DNA of 64,000 bases from the human T2T-CHM13v2.0 reference genome, Homo sapiens (GCF_009914755.1 NC_060929.1); one strand, 5' to 3'; counted from the stretch's first letter, positions 12,719 to 28,050 are shown. A program made the numbers and translations. The notes: generated from the letters alone by a model not told the origin.

Positions 12719-13012
12719 TGAGGCAGAAGCATAGGGTCTGGAGATAGGGAGCCTCAACTTCAGCCTCCAACTGGTCACCGGCCAAGCCTTCATTTGCATA
12801 GGGTGTAAACAATAGGACACCTCTAATGGGTACTTAAACCCCAGAAGATTTTGCAGCCAGGGCTCTTGAGCTACTTGCTCCGTGGGATGTACTTTCATTT
12901 CAATAAATCTGTGCTTCATTCTTTCATTGCTGTGATTGTACATTTTGTCCAGTTCTTTGTTCGGCATGCCAAGAACCTGGGATACTTGTAATCAAGACCA
13001 TCCAGCAGTAAA
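12719..13012 (+). mobile_element. ERV1 solo LTR, MER51-like, internally deleted
   Basis: Starts tgaggcagaagcatagggtctggag; caataaatctgtgc poly(A) signal; tgtccagttctttgttc...ccaagaacctgg near the end. Confidence 0.7.
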
Positions 13013-13960
13013 AATTTCGCTGCAAAATCAGCACTTTGTTCATATTTATTGGTTCAACAAAAATCTACTGGTTGCTGAGCACTGTGCTAAGGGTAGGGGG
13101 ACAATGAAGCCCCTCCCAGCCTCTGTGAAACTCAGGGAGTAGAGAAGGCAGCACAGGTTCCACTCCGTAAAACTCAGCATGGTAACTGATTGTACCGGAA
13201 TGGGAACAAAATGCCCTGGTGACAGAGGGAAAGGTGGGCCTGGTTAATTCTGACTCCTTCATTCATCACTCAAAAAAAAACTCCTCTTATTTGATTCGCA
13301 TGATTGCAATCAGGCCTGAGAACGGTGAATTGGGGGAAGAGGATGAACAATTCAGCTTGATACTTGAATGCTACTGTTCTTGATTTAGGGGCTGCCTGTT
13401 CTAACCCTCGTGGTTTGGTACAAAAATATTCCTGTTCCTCTCCCTCACAGTCCCCAAGGTCAGTTCCTACAGATGTCCGTGAACAGAAAAGATGAGAAAT
13501 CTTGGACATCTATTCCTTCTGCTTAAGATGGTCAAGGCTCCCCAGCTCAACACCTACATCTTACTCCAATGTTCATTTTTATCTGCAAAGTGCCAGCTTT
13601 CCATTCTGCTGCCCAACAATATATGTTTGGGGTTCATGTTTAAGTTTGGAGAATTGACATAGATAAGATAAATTTAAAAAGACTTATAAACTTTTCCTTT
13701 ACAGTAGATTCTTGTATAGCACATAGAGATTCTTGACATAAGCCTGTGATTTTTCATTTCACTCTGAAGATTTTCCTAATAAGAGGAGTTTAGTAATAGG
13801 CCCATTGGTAATAGGCAAAGGGCCTGTGATAATCTGGTCATGGTTTTCTTTTAGTTGATAAAATGAAATGCTTTTTGAAAATATTTGGGTTTTTTGTTTG
13901 TTTGTTTGTTTTTAGATTCAAGAGGTGCATGTGCAGGTTTGTTACAAAGGTATATTGCAT

Positions 13961-14912
13961 TGATAGCAACAAAAGGCAGCCAAATGCCTAGGCAGATGGG
14001 GTACCCAGCGAAACTCCACCTCCAAGCTGAAGATAGTTTAAAGCCCGAAAGTTAAACTATAAGTTAAATCTTCTGACTGGATTGAGAGCTTGTCGTCTGT
14101 TTAGCACACTTTCCTCTGATTGATCTCCACCCTCCACCTATTTTATATATATCTATCCTTTCCTAATTGGTTTTCTACACTGTCATGCCCACCTTTGAGT
14201 GGTATCTTCACTTTAACCATTTTTGCATATTCACAAACCAATCAGTACTTACTCCCCATCCTGTGCCTATAAAGACCCTGGACTCAGTTGGTGGAAAGGG
14301 GAGATGGCTTGACTTTGTGGAAGAGACAATCTGGCTTCAGGGAAGATGACCTGCCCTTCCTGTGCCCTCTCCAGCAACCCTCTCCAATTTCCCTCTCCAC
14401 CGAGGGCCGTTTTCATCACTCAATAAAATTCTCTGCTTTCACAATCCTTCACTTGTCCACATGACCTCATTCTTCTTGGATACTGGACAAGAGGTTGGGG
14501 CCTGCTGAGTGCAGGTACCCAGAAAGGCTGTCACACTGGCCCTTTGCCCTTGCCAGCAGAGGGCAGCTGCCTCACTTGATGAAGCAAGGGGCCAACTGAG
14601 CTGCTAACACACTGCCATCCATTGGACTGCTAACAATGGAACTAAAAGAGCACTGTAACACCCCCTCTGGGGCTTTGGGGTTGCAGGCACCCTCATCTGG
14701 GTGCTGCTGCATTCCCCTTGAGGTGACATGCCTGGTCTGGCCGTGGGCCCTGCATGGAGCTTGCTTTTGTGTCAGCACCTGGAGCAGATGGCTGGATCCC
14801 ACACTTGCTCACTCATGTGCTCCCTCCCACAAGGGACTGACTGCAGCAGGCCGAGTAAATGGGATGCCCCTTCTGCAAGTCTGGTGAAGGGGCCAAGAAA
14901 AATGTCACGTCA
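13961..14912 (+). mobile_element. ERV1 solo LTR (LTR27/LTR28-like, ~950 bp)
   Basis: TG...CA termini; ccaatc box, cctataaa TATA, caataaaa poly(A) signal; interrupts the L1 cleanly. Confidence 0.75.
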
Positions 14913-14977
14913 GATGATGCTGAGGTTTGGGCTTCTGTGGATCCCATCACCCAGATAGTGAACACAGTGCCCAATAG

Positions 14978-15404
<427 letters not shown>

Positions 15405-16577
15405 TGAGAATGTGTGGTATTAAACAATTTAATACTTTATTACTTTAATTTTGTGATCCAGGGGATATCGTAGTCAGGGTTTTCTCTGTCTTTGATGCTC
15501 ACATTCTTCACGGAGTGTTTGGATTCTTCCCTGAGATGCTGTGATACTGATGAGTAAGAGGCCATTTCCTGAGTCTTCAGATGCTGTATTTTTTGGAGTA
15601 GGGAGTTGTAATTACCCTCACAATTCAACATGACACCCTTGAGATAACGGCCCACATTTGCTCACAAGTTCTGCCGTGTCTGTCATTAGTCTCAGTAGGC
15701 AGCTGATGACAGTCTACCCTCAGCTAATGCTTAATTAACATCTGAAATTGCAGGAGCATTATCTCACCAATGTGAGTGCTGGATACAGCTGGCCATTATG
15801 GCCTGAAGATGTCTTGTAATGGAAATTAGGAATGAGAAATACAGCTAGAACTTTCAAATTCCAATAGTTTTAGGATTTGAGATTCTTTTGGAAGATGTGA
15901 GTTCAGATTTCTTTGAAACAACAGACTCACATGCCTCCCAAATCAATACCCAACATCCGTGTCATTGACTTCCAGCTCCCTCTTTTTTAACCCATATTTG
16001 TTTTCCAGTTCTAGTATACACACTTGCTTGAGTTTTTAAAATTCTGATTTCTCTTTTGCACAAAAGCTATCAGGCTCTGGGACAGCAGACATATGGCCTG
16101 TTGTGCACATCTCTGATGTGTCTATCTTATTAATGTTTCTTTGGCAGGGCTTGATAGTGTTTCGATTGGCATGGATTATCATTTAGGTTTCAGTGGTTTG
16201 CATAGAATGTCCCAGGGCTAATGTTACCAGGTCCACCTTCATTTCCATTTCAAAACCTTTTACCCACATGGACAAAGAATGTCTTCAAAACAAACCAAAC
16301 AAGCAAGTGGAACCCAGACAATGATGGCTGAAGCCACCTGGCCTGTGACAGCTGTCTTAGAGACATGAAATCCCTTGCAAAGAACAGTTCAGGCAAGGAG
16401 ACCATCATATTACCAATGTGGAGACTTTTCCTGAATTGCGGGGTCATTAAATAGACATGATTTATCCAGATCTGAAATTTAGATGGGTTATTTAGGTTAG
16501 CCTTTGTTTTGTTTTCCTGAGAAATGTTAGCTCTAGTCAGTGTTAGACCATTGTTCTATCAAATAAAAGCAAATCAC

Positions 16578-16960
16578 CAAATCATTCATTCATTCATTCA
16601 TTCACTCCTTCACTATTCGTGGGGTGTGCCCTGTCTACCCATTCTGCTCCAGCCTTGTTCTAGGTTCTGCAGCTACAGCAGTGAAAAAGACACAGACCTC
16701 ACTGCAAGGCATAAGAAGGAGAGAAAACTGTGAAACAACAAAATACAGAACTCAGGAGGAAAGAGAAAAATGGTCAGCAGCAAAACCAGAATGCTTCTTT
16801 TGATTGCAAGGTCGGGGTAGTCCTCTCTGAATGCTGACATTAAAGCTGAGACCTAAACAGTAGGAAGGAACCAGCCATGCAAATATGGATCTAGAAAAAG
16901 AATTCCAAGTACAGCAGGTAGCTTGGAGAGGTGGGGCCTGGTTTGTTAGTGGTGAAATGT
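16578..16960 (-). mobile_element. L2 3' fragment
   Basis: (CATT)n tail followed by L2 body motifs (aagctgagacctaaa, ggaaccagccatgc). Confidence 0.7.
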
Positions 16961-17139
16961 ACTGATATGTAACTTTGAAATACATCCAAGGAAAAAAAAG
17001 AGAGATGAGTTGGTGGGCAGATTAAAAAATAGATGGATGGCTAGAAATGCCATAAAACAAACATAGCAAGATAGAACGTTGTAGAGACAGGGGGGTGAGC
17101 ACTGTACAATTCTTTAACTTTTCTGTATGTTTGAAGATT

Positions 17140-17337
<198 letters not shown>

Positions 17338-17387
17338 TAGTTTGTATGAAGTAATATAATAATTAGGACAATTTGAGATTTGTTATA

Positions 17388-17420
<33 letters not shown>

Positions 17421-17431
17421 AAATCTTAGAC

Positions 17432-17642
17432 CAGAGGTTAGCAATCTTTTTCTCTCAAGGGTCAGACATTAAACACTTTTTGGTTATATGGTTTCTGTTG
17501 CAACTACTCAACTCTGCATTGTAACACAAAAGCAGTCATAGAGAATATGTAAACAATTGAGTGTGCTGGTGTTCCAATAAAACTTTATGTACAAACACAG
17601 GCAGCAGGTGGGTCTGACCTGGGTGCCATAGTTTTCTCCTCC
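17432..17642 (+). mobile_element. MER58A-like hAT DNA transposon
   Basis: cagaggttagcaatctttt...caactactcaactctgc...gttccaataaaacttta...gccatagttt. Confidence 0.75.
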
Positions 17643-19869
17643 TAGTATTAGGCACAGAATTGTCAATGCTTGGAAAGTTACTATGATCTTACACTTGCCC
17701 AGTCAGCTATTGGAAATATTTAGTTAATATAGACCACTAATTGTATAAATGTAGCTAACACTCTCAAGGAAATTTAATTAAATAAATTTGCAAATGATAT
17801 ACATAATTTAAGGAAGTTTAGTCAAGCTAAGGCTTGAGCTAGTCTAATATTAATAAAATAATAATTATCAGAAGGTGATTGTTTTTATTTTGTTAGCTGC
17901 GTTGATAATATAAACAGCTCTACAATTGGAACTTAAAGAGCTTAAGGAAAACTAATTTGTAAAGTTTATCCTCCTTAGTCATTTGGATATTGATTTAAAA
18001 CCCAATTAGTTATAATTAATCCTCTCTTCATGTATCTCCAGCATATCAAAAAATTCACACCAATATAACTAGGGTAATGTATTTGGACTCATTTTAAGTA
18101 AAATGCTGTTATCAGAGGGTTTTACAGAGAGAAATGGCAATTGCATTCATATTTTTAGCAAGACTACTCTGCTAAGTGGAGGGTTGATTTGGGATGGAGG
18201 GTGGAAGCAAAGGCAGGGAGATAATTTTGGAAAGCCACTGAAGCCATAAGATGTGAGATAATGGTGACACAGATACAGTATGGAATTTTGCCAAATGTGA
18301 GCAATGAGGAAAAGACGATTGTTGCAGTTTTGGCTTGAGCCACTGGATGGATGTAGATACTATTAAGGCAGGCAGCCCAAAGAGCAAGAGTTTTGAGTGA
18401 TTTCTGCCTGTGGAACACCATTCATAGTCCAGAGGCAGCCTGGGTGGCCCTGGGCTTTGGAGATGCAGGCAGGCACTATGTTCCATTGGGTAGTCTAGGA
18501 ACCAGTTTCCTCCATTTTTGCTGTCCCACCGCCCCGTCTTCTAGGGGGTTAGGTTCTCCTCCTGTGCATTTTTTTGGAGCCATGGGAGTGGAAAGGGGAG
18601 CAGAAGGGAAACCTCACCATACCTGCTTGGACCTCATCAGCCACATGCAGTCACATGGCCACAGCTACCTGCAGGGGAGGCTGGATATGTGTTCTCTGAG
18701 GGAGTGGCCCTCTGCCTAACTACAACTTGGGGGTCTATCTAATTGATATTTTGAGGGACAATCCCCAATCTTTGTCTCAGGATCCAAATGTAAATGCGGA
18801 GTAGTCCATTGTATATATGAGGCTGTCATTCTGAGAGAGTTTCAGTTTGGAGAGAAACAGAGTTTCCTTAATGAAATTGCAGACACAGGAATTTTATGAG
18901 AATTTTATGAGATTAGAGATTACCCACAACATATTTCTTGCAATTTGTGATAGAAACCAGTGTTGCGGTCTGTGCATTGCTGAGTCCCTTGAGCATAAAG
19001 ACATTTGCAGGTCTTCTCCACCTGCAAGTCCATCAACATATGAACTTCGGCCTTCTAGTGGCAGGGACACCTGTGTAGGTCAAGGCAAGCCCTGATTACT
19101 CAGTGATCCTTGCCTCTGCACCAGGGATACTGTGGCAGTCAGCAGATAAAGAGGCCATAAAGAGATCAGGAGATTAATAGGAATATATGATTTGAAACAA
19201 TAGACTCATAAAAAGCAGTTTGGAGAAAATTGTAATAACAGTCTTGGGAGAGTAAAATTCTATGTCGTTACCTTAATGCATCTTAATTAATTCTATATTG
19301 TATAATTATAAGAGATGATGTGAATAATAAAGACCTAATCGTTGGGCTAAACCAAGATTTTAAAAGTGATCTGTGGGAATTTGGCAGAATTGGAGTGATT
19401 CTCCCTAAAATAAATTTGGCCAGGATGTTGAGGCTTCTGACACTTTACACACCAAGAGAGAATTGGAGAGGAAGCTTCTGGGTCACACAGCTACTCCTGG
19501 GATGTCTGGGCAGCACACTGAGGTCCAGGCTGGCATGGAGAAAACCAAACGAGTAGCCTGTTTAATGGCTTGCAGGTGGGAATGGGGAAAAGGAGGCTTC
19601 AATTCCCCACCAGAGCCAATGGAGGAGGCTACAATGCAGGAGTTCTTAGGGGCTTGTTGAGACGTGGAGCAGAAGAGGAAAGGGAGGGTGAGGCTTACAG
19701 AGAAGTCAGTGGTGAAACATCAAGAACAGAGTCAGACTGTGTTCCATTAAAGCTAGCGGAGAATGGGATTAGTTGAGTGCTCTGAAAAATGATAGAGTAG
19801 TCCACTTTAGAAGGGTGCACTTAAAGCCTCTTCTCTTGGGAAAGGTGTCCTCCTTAGGACCTAGATTTG

Positions 19870-20110
19870 GAGGCAGCAGAATGCGTTAAACTGGAACAAG
19901 TGACCCAGTTTAAAACCCCAGCTTGGCCTTTCCCTCGGTGTGTGCCTCTGGATGAATAAATTACTCTCTTTATCTTGGCCTTGGTTTCGACAGCTGTAAG
20001 ATATTGATGGTAAGAGTTCCCAGTCCATAGCGTTGCTGAAAGGATTCAATAGGTTAATATACTTAAGGCACTTAGATAGGGTTTGGCATATTTTAGTATT
20101 TAATGTGTAC
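19870..20110 (+). mobile_element. MIR SINE
   Basis: Core-like tgtgcctctggatgaataaattact...ttggtttc...gttgctgaaaggatt. Confidence 0.6.
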
Positions 20111-21849
20111 TCTACAGTATTGCTGTTATTAATCTTTTTATACAAAATAATCTCTAGGCTCTTTTTGATGCGTCCCATAAAAAGAAGTAGCTCAAAGCTA
20201 ATATGTAGAGGTATTGGCAAAGAACTTTATTAAATGACCTGTTTCATTTTCTGTTAGAAAAAGAGGAAGCTATAGAACTTAGTAAACCTTTGTATTAAGT
20301 CTGGGAAAATTCTAGACATCCGGTCTGGGGACCTGTGTGTCCTTGGGAGATGGGCCCCTTTGGCCATCCAAAATGTGGCTCACCAGAAGGCCAGTTTCTG
20401 TTACAGACCACAGGAATCACACATTGTTTTATTTGTGCACTGTAATCTCAAATAACTACATCACCCATTTTAAAGAACGTGCTCTAGGGAGCCCATATAG
20501 AAAATGAGTAACAGGAAAACTTGGAGCGCTCATGGCAGAGGAAGCAGCACAGGGGGACGCATCACTTAGATGTAAAGACGCATGAGCTCCATGCAGGCTA
20601 GAGGGTAGTTTTCCCCAAAGCCCTTTTCTCCGTGGAGGAAAGTCATGTCTGGGGCAGGGAGTAGGGCTGTAGCTTCTTCTAGAAGGTCCCTGGGTCCCAC
20701 TGGGACCCCACCCTGATTCAGGTAGAGAGGGGAGCTATGGCTCCTTGCCATGGCACCAGGCCAGCCTTACACTGGCTGACCCTGCAAGGAGACTCCCGGG
20801 AAGGAGTGTTACAGAGTTCCCTCTCAGGAAGGCAAGGAACATGCCCGTGACTGTGCATCTGGGGTGATCTCACTTTGTCTGAAATTAGACCCAGATATCT
20901 CAACCAGGCAATATGCATCAACAAAAGTGATATTAGATTGATTTTATCTGTAATATTCATAGCACAATGTCAAACTATGGGAGGAATGGCTTTTATAAAC
21001 AAGGTGTTCTAATAAAAATAACTATTAAAAATATTGAACTCTAATTTATAAAACATATGCTGAAGCGTTTAGGTATAATGTGTAATGATGCCAACAGCTT
21101 GTAACGTGTACAAATTAGGATAGATTGATACATGGATAGAGGGGTTGATAGATGGAGAGACGTGGTGAGGCAAATATAGTAAAAAAAAACAGTAAAAATC
21201 GAATGTAAGTGGTAGTCTTGTGGGTATTTGTCTTTCTGTTTCAATATTCTTAAAATGAAATATTAGAAAACAAGTAAGAAGGCACTTTCTAGTGTAGTCA
21301 GACTGAATTAAATATTTAGCCTCAATGATGTACATAATTCATGGTTACGAGTCCAGAACAGTTGCAAGGAGCAACAGTTTCTATTAGAAAATGGGCCCAA
21401 ATAAAACATCTTTGCTAGGCGTTAGTGTTGGGACCAGCAGAATGAGCCATGGTCAGCACCAAGGACAGTGACAAGTGACAAATGTGTCACTACCCCTTTC
21501 ACATTGCACTGGAAACCTCAAGGCTTTTACAGGAGAAAGCACCCCGCCAATCTTTAGACTGAATTGTTTTTCATTTCAGCAGAAATATTTTAACCACCAT
21601 TTATCCAACTTGTCCATTCATTACACACCTAATAGGCACTGTGATTGGACATTATTTGAATCCAGAAAGCAGTAAGATGTGGCCCCAACAGACCCAATCA
21701 AAAAGCTGAATGAACGCATACTAATTGCACACTCAGGTGCTCAGTACCCTGTGGAAAATGCAAGGTCTGTTCTCCTGTTAAATGCCTTTGGTGTCACTTT
21801 GCAAAGCTGATTACCTGAATATCCTTTCACATGTCAAATGCAAAATGCA

Positions 21850-22150
21850 AATATACAGCAATGTTCTCAAATTCGTATGTTGTGAATGGCTCATATTACA
21901 TATAAAAATATATAAATAATAATATATAGTAAGTGCTACACATAGCACTATATATACTTGTACTGTATTTAATAATGACATATTACATATTTGTATTATA
22001 TATAAAATATACACATTAGTACTATGTAATATAAGTTATATTTAAATATGTGTTATATAACATTAACATAAATGTGTTCTATATTATTATTGTACATATA
22101 CATAGTAACCATATAACCACCATCTAAATATTATATAAGAATAATTATAT
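21850..22150. repeat. AT-rich low-complexity region
   Basis: TA-rich degenerate repeats. Confidence 0.8.
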
Positions 22151-22754
22151 TTCAGAAATGTAAGCTTGCCAAACAGTTGCGTGAAAACACTTTTAAAACT
22201 ATAAACTTAATTACAAATATCCAGATGTTTCAAGCTGGTTCTTTGGTTTACAAATGCTGAAACATCCCTTAGGAACTTCTTATGTAGTTATTTGAAAATG
22301 GTAAGAAGTGATTTTGATAAGAATGACTTGAGGGTCAGATCAGAATTTGGAGTTTTTTCTAACAATTGGGAGAATAATGACATTATGAAACTCTTGTTAA
22401 GTTATGAGAATAATGTTTGTTATCATCCTTAAGATAGGTGTTTTGCTAAAGCATTGAAGAATATATTTGTTTGTAATTTAAATGAAATTGTACTGTTATA
22501 TTTTTCTATAAATTGACCTTTTCCTTTTACATTTTCTTTGAAGAGCTTACCTTCTGCACTTACAGAAAAGAGCAACCAAAATGTATTCTACCAGAAAAAA
22601 AGGAAAAGAACAGCAAAGTAAATGAGTTACCTTCTTTAGTTTTCTAGATGGTTACCCTGTCTCACTTTGATTTTTCTTTAATGTTTAATTCATCTGGATG
22701 CTAAGCAGTCTCTAGCTGAGATTTTCTATCAAGACCAAGGCAGTGTGGTGGGCC

Positions 22755-22944
22755 AAATAGGATAGTTAAGATCAAATCTAACTAGGAGACCACTTAGTGG
22801 TTGCCAGGGGACAGGGACACAGTTGAGGGTTGGTGCAACTTTATAAGGACAGCACTGAGGAATGCCTTTTTTGGTGACATAACAGTTCTGTATTCTGATT
22901 GTGGTGGTGGTCACATATGGGATCACAGTGCAGAGAACTGCATG
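22755..22944 (+). mobile_element. L1M 3' UTR fragment
   Basis: agtggttgccagggg...gttctgtattctgattgtggtggtgg motif. Confidence 0.7.
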
Positions 22945-23335
22945 TGCACACACATACACACATTGACACATATACATACACACACATACACACACATTGA
23001 CACAGACATATGCAAATGTACACAGGTACCCAGGCATACACACATGCATATATGCATGCATGCATACCCACACACAAACACACACACAACAATCACACAT
23101 GTGCATACACACATGCACACAGACATTGACACACATGTACACACATACAAATACACATGCACACACATGCGTACATACACATGCATGCATACCAACACAG
23201 AGACACATATACCCATTATCACACAGATGCACACACATATGCCCACTTACACATATACATACACAATGCACACATACACAGATACACATACACACATATA
23301 CACCTACACATGCAGATACACACGTAAATACATGC
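22945..23335 (+). repeat. Long degenerate (CA/CATA/CATG)n tract
   Basis: About 390 bp of alternating purine-pyrimidine sequence; produces spurious 150-224 aa ORFs. Confidence 0.92.
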
Positions 23336-26300
23336 CTGACAACACTGGTGGTAGAGGCTGAGACTCCACTTAAATCCAATTTCTTAAAAACAAATCTGAC
23401 CACAAAAAATCTGACAATCTGTCTGATGAAAATAATTATAAATAGGTAAAGTGTTCTTAAACGAGTGCTCTGTCTCCTTTATCTTCTTTAATTGTTAGAT
23501 TATATTTATTTATTTTAGCTTTTTATTGCTCAGGTTACCAGCAGTTAAGAAGCTGTTTATTGATGTCCCAGTAACTAAAAATTCTATTTTAAAACAGAGT
23601 TAATAATTTTAATAGCTCATGCAGGATCTCCACAGGTTATAGATGTTTAAAATAATATTCTAATTAGTAATAAATAGATTTTATAGCAACAGTATAAAAT
23701 ATTATAAGTATAGTACAACAGAACTTCAACATTCAGCTCCCCTGAGATGTAAACAGAACTCCTCTGATTGGAATTCCATGTCCGTCACTCACAGTCACCT
23801 TGGAAACCCCTTCACCTGTGAACTGGTGCACTCCCTCGGGCTAAAGACCATCAGCTGTATTTTTCTCCAATTCCCAGCATCAGCCTCTAGCCTAGGACTG
23901 GGTACGAGATGCAAGCTCCGTGGTTTGTGTTGGCTGACTTGTTCATGCAAACCCTCGTAATACTTGCGGGCCCCACCAAGCCATGCCTCTTGTTGTGCTG
24001 ACTGCCCCTTCTCCTTGTCTAAAAGCTGTAACAAAGAGACTTTCCTGATTGTTCAGAGAGGTGACAGTGCCGGAAATCATCCACCTCCAATTTACAGCAG
24101 GTACTAAAAGTGACTTCACTAGAAGCAAGTTTTATAAATAGAATAAATAGCAAAGGCGATCTGGCTCTTCAGATATAAAAAGCAAAGAGTGTGTCACTCA
24201 GTGCTGACTCCTATTTCTATACCTAATCCTATATTTCCACCCAAACCTTCCCTCTGAAGCTTATTCCTGCTGGCAGGTGAAAACAGTCTGACTTACATTT
24301 CCACATGTGAGCTTAAAATAATTTCATCTGATCTCTTGGGGACAGTAGAGAAGCCAGGCAATCCCCTTTTTTCTTTTCCTCCCCATTTGAGTCTTGTGAA
24401 GTCAAAGCCCTCTTGGAAGTGATTTTCTGGGACGTGACTCTACTAGGAGGAAACTGCCTGTCAATTGGAGGAGAGAGAAGAGGGGGGATTCTGCAGGGAT
24501 TCTGGTTCGGCTGTTATGTTAGATGGAATTCTTGGATTCTATCTATGTAGTAGGCCACTGTCTCCAGCAGGCCCCCCCAGCTGGCTCCAAGGAACACCTG
24601 TGACATTCAGAGACCAAAGCTCTCGTGCTGTGCCTGGCAGTTGGATGTGAGCCCCAGCAGACTTGTCGTAGGCTTGAACACAAAAGATACAATTAAAAAC
24701 AGTGACAGAGACAAAGCCACCATCAATTTTTTTTTTCTGAATTGCAACAACGTTCTCCTGCAAAGAGCTGCATGCTAGAACAAAAACAAAGTTGGTACCT
24801 TGCTCCTAAAGCTTTCTTGTACTAACTCTACAGTGAAATGTGTTGTCGGAGAGTGGCCAGCTCTATCCTTCAGCACTTCAGCACTGGGGAATATGGTGTG
24901 AAGCACAGAGAAGGCCCAGTGGCTGGTGTTAAGCAGCAGATCAGAGAATTGTCCTCTCTGGCTGCAGAATGTTCAAAAAGTCAAACTCAGACCATCAGTG
25001 CTATCCCAGAGTGGCCAGGAAAGGTTTTAGATGTGAGTTAAAATCAGAGCTGTGGGCCACTGTGACCCTTTGCTTGTCACCCTCCCCTCATTTTCTTGAA
25101 GTGTTCACTGAGTCCAACCTGACCTGGTGAGGTCCAGGGATCTGGCAGTGTCACTGTGATGCAGGCACAGCTACAGGGATGCATGTGGATGAGGGTCTTC
25201 ACCAGGCTCAGTAAGGACAGCTGCTGGCTGGGATGGATATTCAGGGCTGAGCAGGATCCCAGGGGAAAGCATGAGCCAGGAAAATGGAGAGGTTCCAAGT
25301 GAGGGGCGGGCTTAGGGAGCTCAGAAGCTGGGTGAGAACTTGAAAGTCAAGTAGGAGGCTGAGGCCCAGGACCAGTTCTGCAGACTTGAGTGATGTTTCA
25401 GAAATTCACTTTATTCATCTGATGAGGAACATCTGCTTCATGTTGAAAATGGAGCATTGGACAAGCCAGATCAGGTCTCCGTCATCACAGAGTTCACATT
25501 CTGGTGGACACAGCAAATGCCTCAATGAAGCAGCGACTGCAGATGTTCACAGGGATGGCAAAGAGAAAAATGCCAGGTGATGTGGATTCCCTCGAGGGGT
25601 GTGACTCCTGCAAGGGTACTGAATGGAGTCCTGTGGAGGTGACGTAAGAGATGAGGAAGCTGCTGCTGGGAGAGCTGGGGACAGACATTGCAGGGAGGAA
25701 GAAGAGGCGGGAAAGACTGCAGCAGGTTGGAAGAGCAGAGAGGACGCCCGTGTACCTGGATATGAAAGGTCAGCCATGACACAGAGGCCACCGGACACAA
25801 GGCTTGGAACTGCATAGCCAATTTAAGGCTGCACTTGCTCTGTAAGGGACTACTATTACTCTCCAATGTTCTTGAGACTCATAAGGATGGCTAGGGGATC
25901 AGCAAGAGTCCACTTTCTCATGTACTTTTTTGTCCATCCATCCACAAAGAGCACAGTCACTCTGCTCTGCTAGAACGTTGGCAAAAAGAACAGAGGAAGA
26001 ATCTGACTTCTCTTCCCTCTCAATTATTTTGTTAACGTATATAAAATACACTTTAGCATCTAAATCACTTGCATTTCCTTTCCAACTCTACAATGAGCAT
26101 TTATTGTATTTATACCAATAAAAAGAGAAATGTAAAAAATGGAGTTCTTTCCTTAAGTCAACCAAGGCAGCTATATTGCTATCATCTCAAAAAGGAATCA
26201 TTTGGTTTTTTACAAAAGATAAATCCACAAAAAGATACCCAAAATAAAGAGAAAAGTTTTAAAATAGAGATGCTGGAGGTTTGCTGTAAAGATCAGCTTG

Positions 26301-26899
26301 CAAATTAAGATAGAAATTTAAATTGTATTATAGAAGATCTCTCCTCTTGTATCTGAAGAGCAAACACTTAGTAGAAACCCAACAACCACCGCAAAGTACC
26401 TACAGCAAACAAGGAGGGATATAATCCCCTTACAGGGATTCCATAAGCACCCCAAACTTGAAACCAAAAGAGGATTATGATTCCGAGTAAAGTACAGCTT
26501 TGCTCACTCCTAACTCTGTGATGTTCCCGAAAAAGCAATGTGGCGATTTCACATATCATGAGATTTTTATCTCTACTTCATCAAATCTGTGGTTGCTCAA
26601 GCCAAGAGGCATCCTTGTGTCTCCCCTCCTCAATGAAAGGCATTGGAAAGAGCTGTTGGGGAGAAACTGGTGAGAGGGGCTAAGGGAGCAAGGGAAGTGA
26701 GGACTCCATGGTCCATGGCATGGGGCCCAGGTCTGAGGCTTGGGGCATCGCCCTGTGAGAATGGGCTGCACTTCAGCCCCAGTCAAGTACAGGGCATTTA
26801 ATAGAATGAGCAATGTGAAAGGTGAGAGAAGAGATACCACCTTATCAGCCAAACCGTCTTTCTCTCTGGTCAATGCCCTTAGGCTACAGAAAGGGCAAA

Positions 26900-28050
26900 T
26901 AGCACTCCTCATACCCAGACCTCAAACTCAAGTTCAAATGGAAAAACAAACCATTCTGGATCCAAGAGGAAAAGAGTCAGAAAGTTAAGAAATCAGCAGC
27001 ATCACATCAGAGCAGAGTCTAGAGTGAGTTGGCACAGCTGTCCAATCATAAGCAAGATGAAAGTCATTCGTCTGGAAACTCTACAGACACACTTCGTCAC
27101 AAAACACAGGAGAGAGGAACACGCCCTGTAAAAGACAGATGAAAAAGTCAAAAAGAAAACAAAATCTGAGATTCATTAGAGAATACATCACAGTTGTGTC
27201 ATGCTGTGTGACAAGTTAGTAACACAAATATTCGAAGAAATCCCAGCTCAAAGACAAGATGAATAAACAAGACAATGAGATGAAAAGGAAGATGGCATGC
27301 CCAAGACAATACATTTAAGAATTATAATATTTTTACTGAAATAATACATAAAATAAGAGACTGTGAGGACAAGAATGGAACCCACACTAAAATCAGATTA
27401 TTCCCTGAGAAGATTTGAGGTGATCAGAGATGATCAAAGTGCAAGTAATCAAAACAAGCATTTCATTATAAGAGAAGGTAGTAGATATGAAAAGTAGACT
27501 AAAATTATTTAACTTAATTGCTGTCCTTGAGATTGAAATCACAGTAGTCTTCAAAGCTACTTGAAAAATCCCTGAACTGGAAAAGGAACTGAATCCACAG
27601 ATTTGATGTGCACACTGGGGTCAAAAAAATTGCTATGCAATCTTTAACACAAAGCCAATTCAGGGATGACGTCAAGGGCAAAGGAAAAGAGGGTAAGTCA
27701 ATCTTAAGGGGGAAGATGCTTTGGGCCATGACTACTCCAGAGCAAGATTCAGTATCTGCAATGTTCCCAACAAACAAAAGAATGAAAGGATATTAGTGTC
27801 TGTCAAATCATCCTTGCAGATTTAGACATGTAAGCACAAAAGAGCTTAGGAGATACAAATACACATGCACACACGTATACATACACATGCATGCATACAA
27901 ACGCAGAGACACATACAATAAGGTAAGTCCTTATGGAGTAAAAGACTAGATCATGAGTCTACCCAATTAATGAAGAATCAAAATAAATAACTTGAGTAAA
28001 GAAGCAATGGGAAAAGCAGAGAATCCATAAAACTGAGCAAAAATGACTTA
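26900..28050 (+). mobile_element. Very old L1M 5'/ORF1-like remnant
   Basis: A-rich, purine-biased strand with decayed ORF1-like texture; no diagnostic motif. Confidence 0.3.

Noticed and set aside
22729-23449. Overlapping 150-224 aa Cys/Val- or His/Thr-rich ORFs
   Set aside because: Stop-poor simple repeat open in many frames; not a metallothionein-like or keratin-associated gene.
27667-27674. Perfect CRE palindrome TGACGTCA
   Set aside because: An isolated 8-mer with no supporting promoter context.
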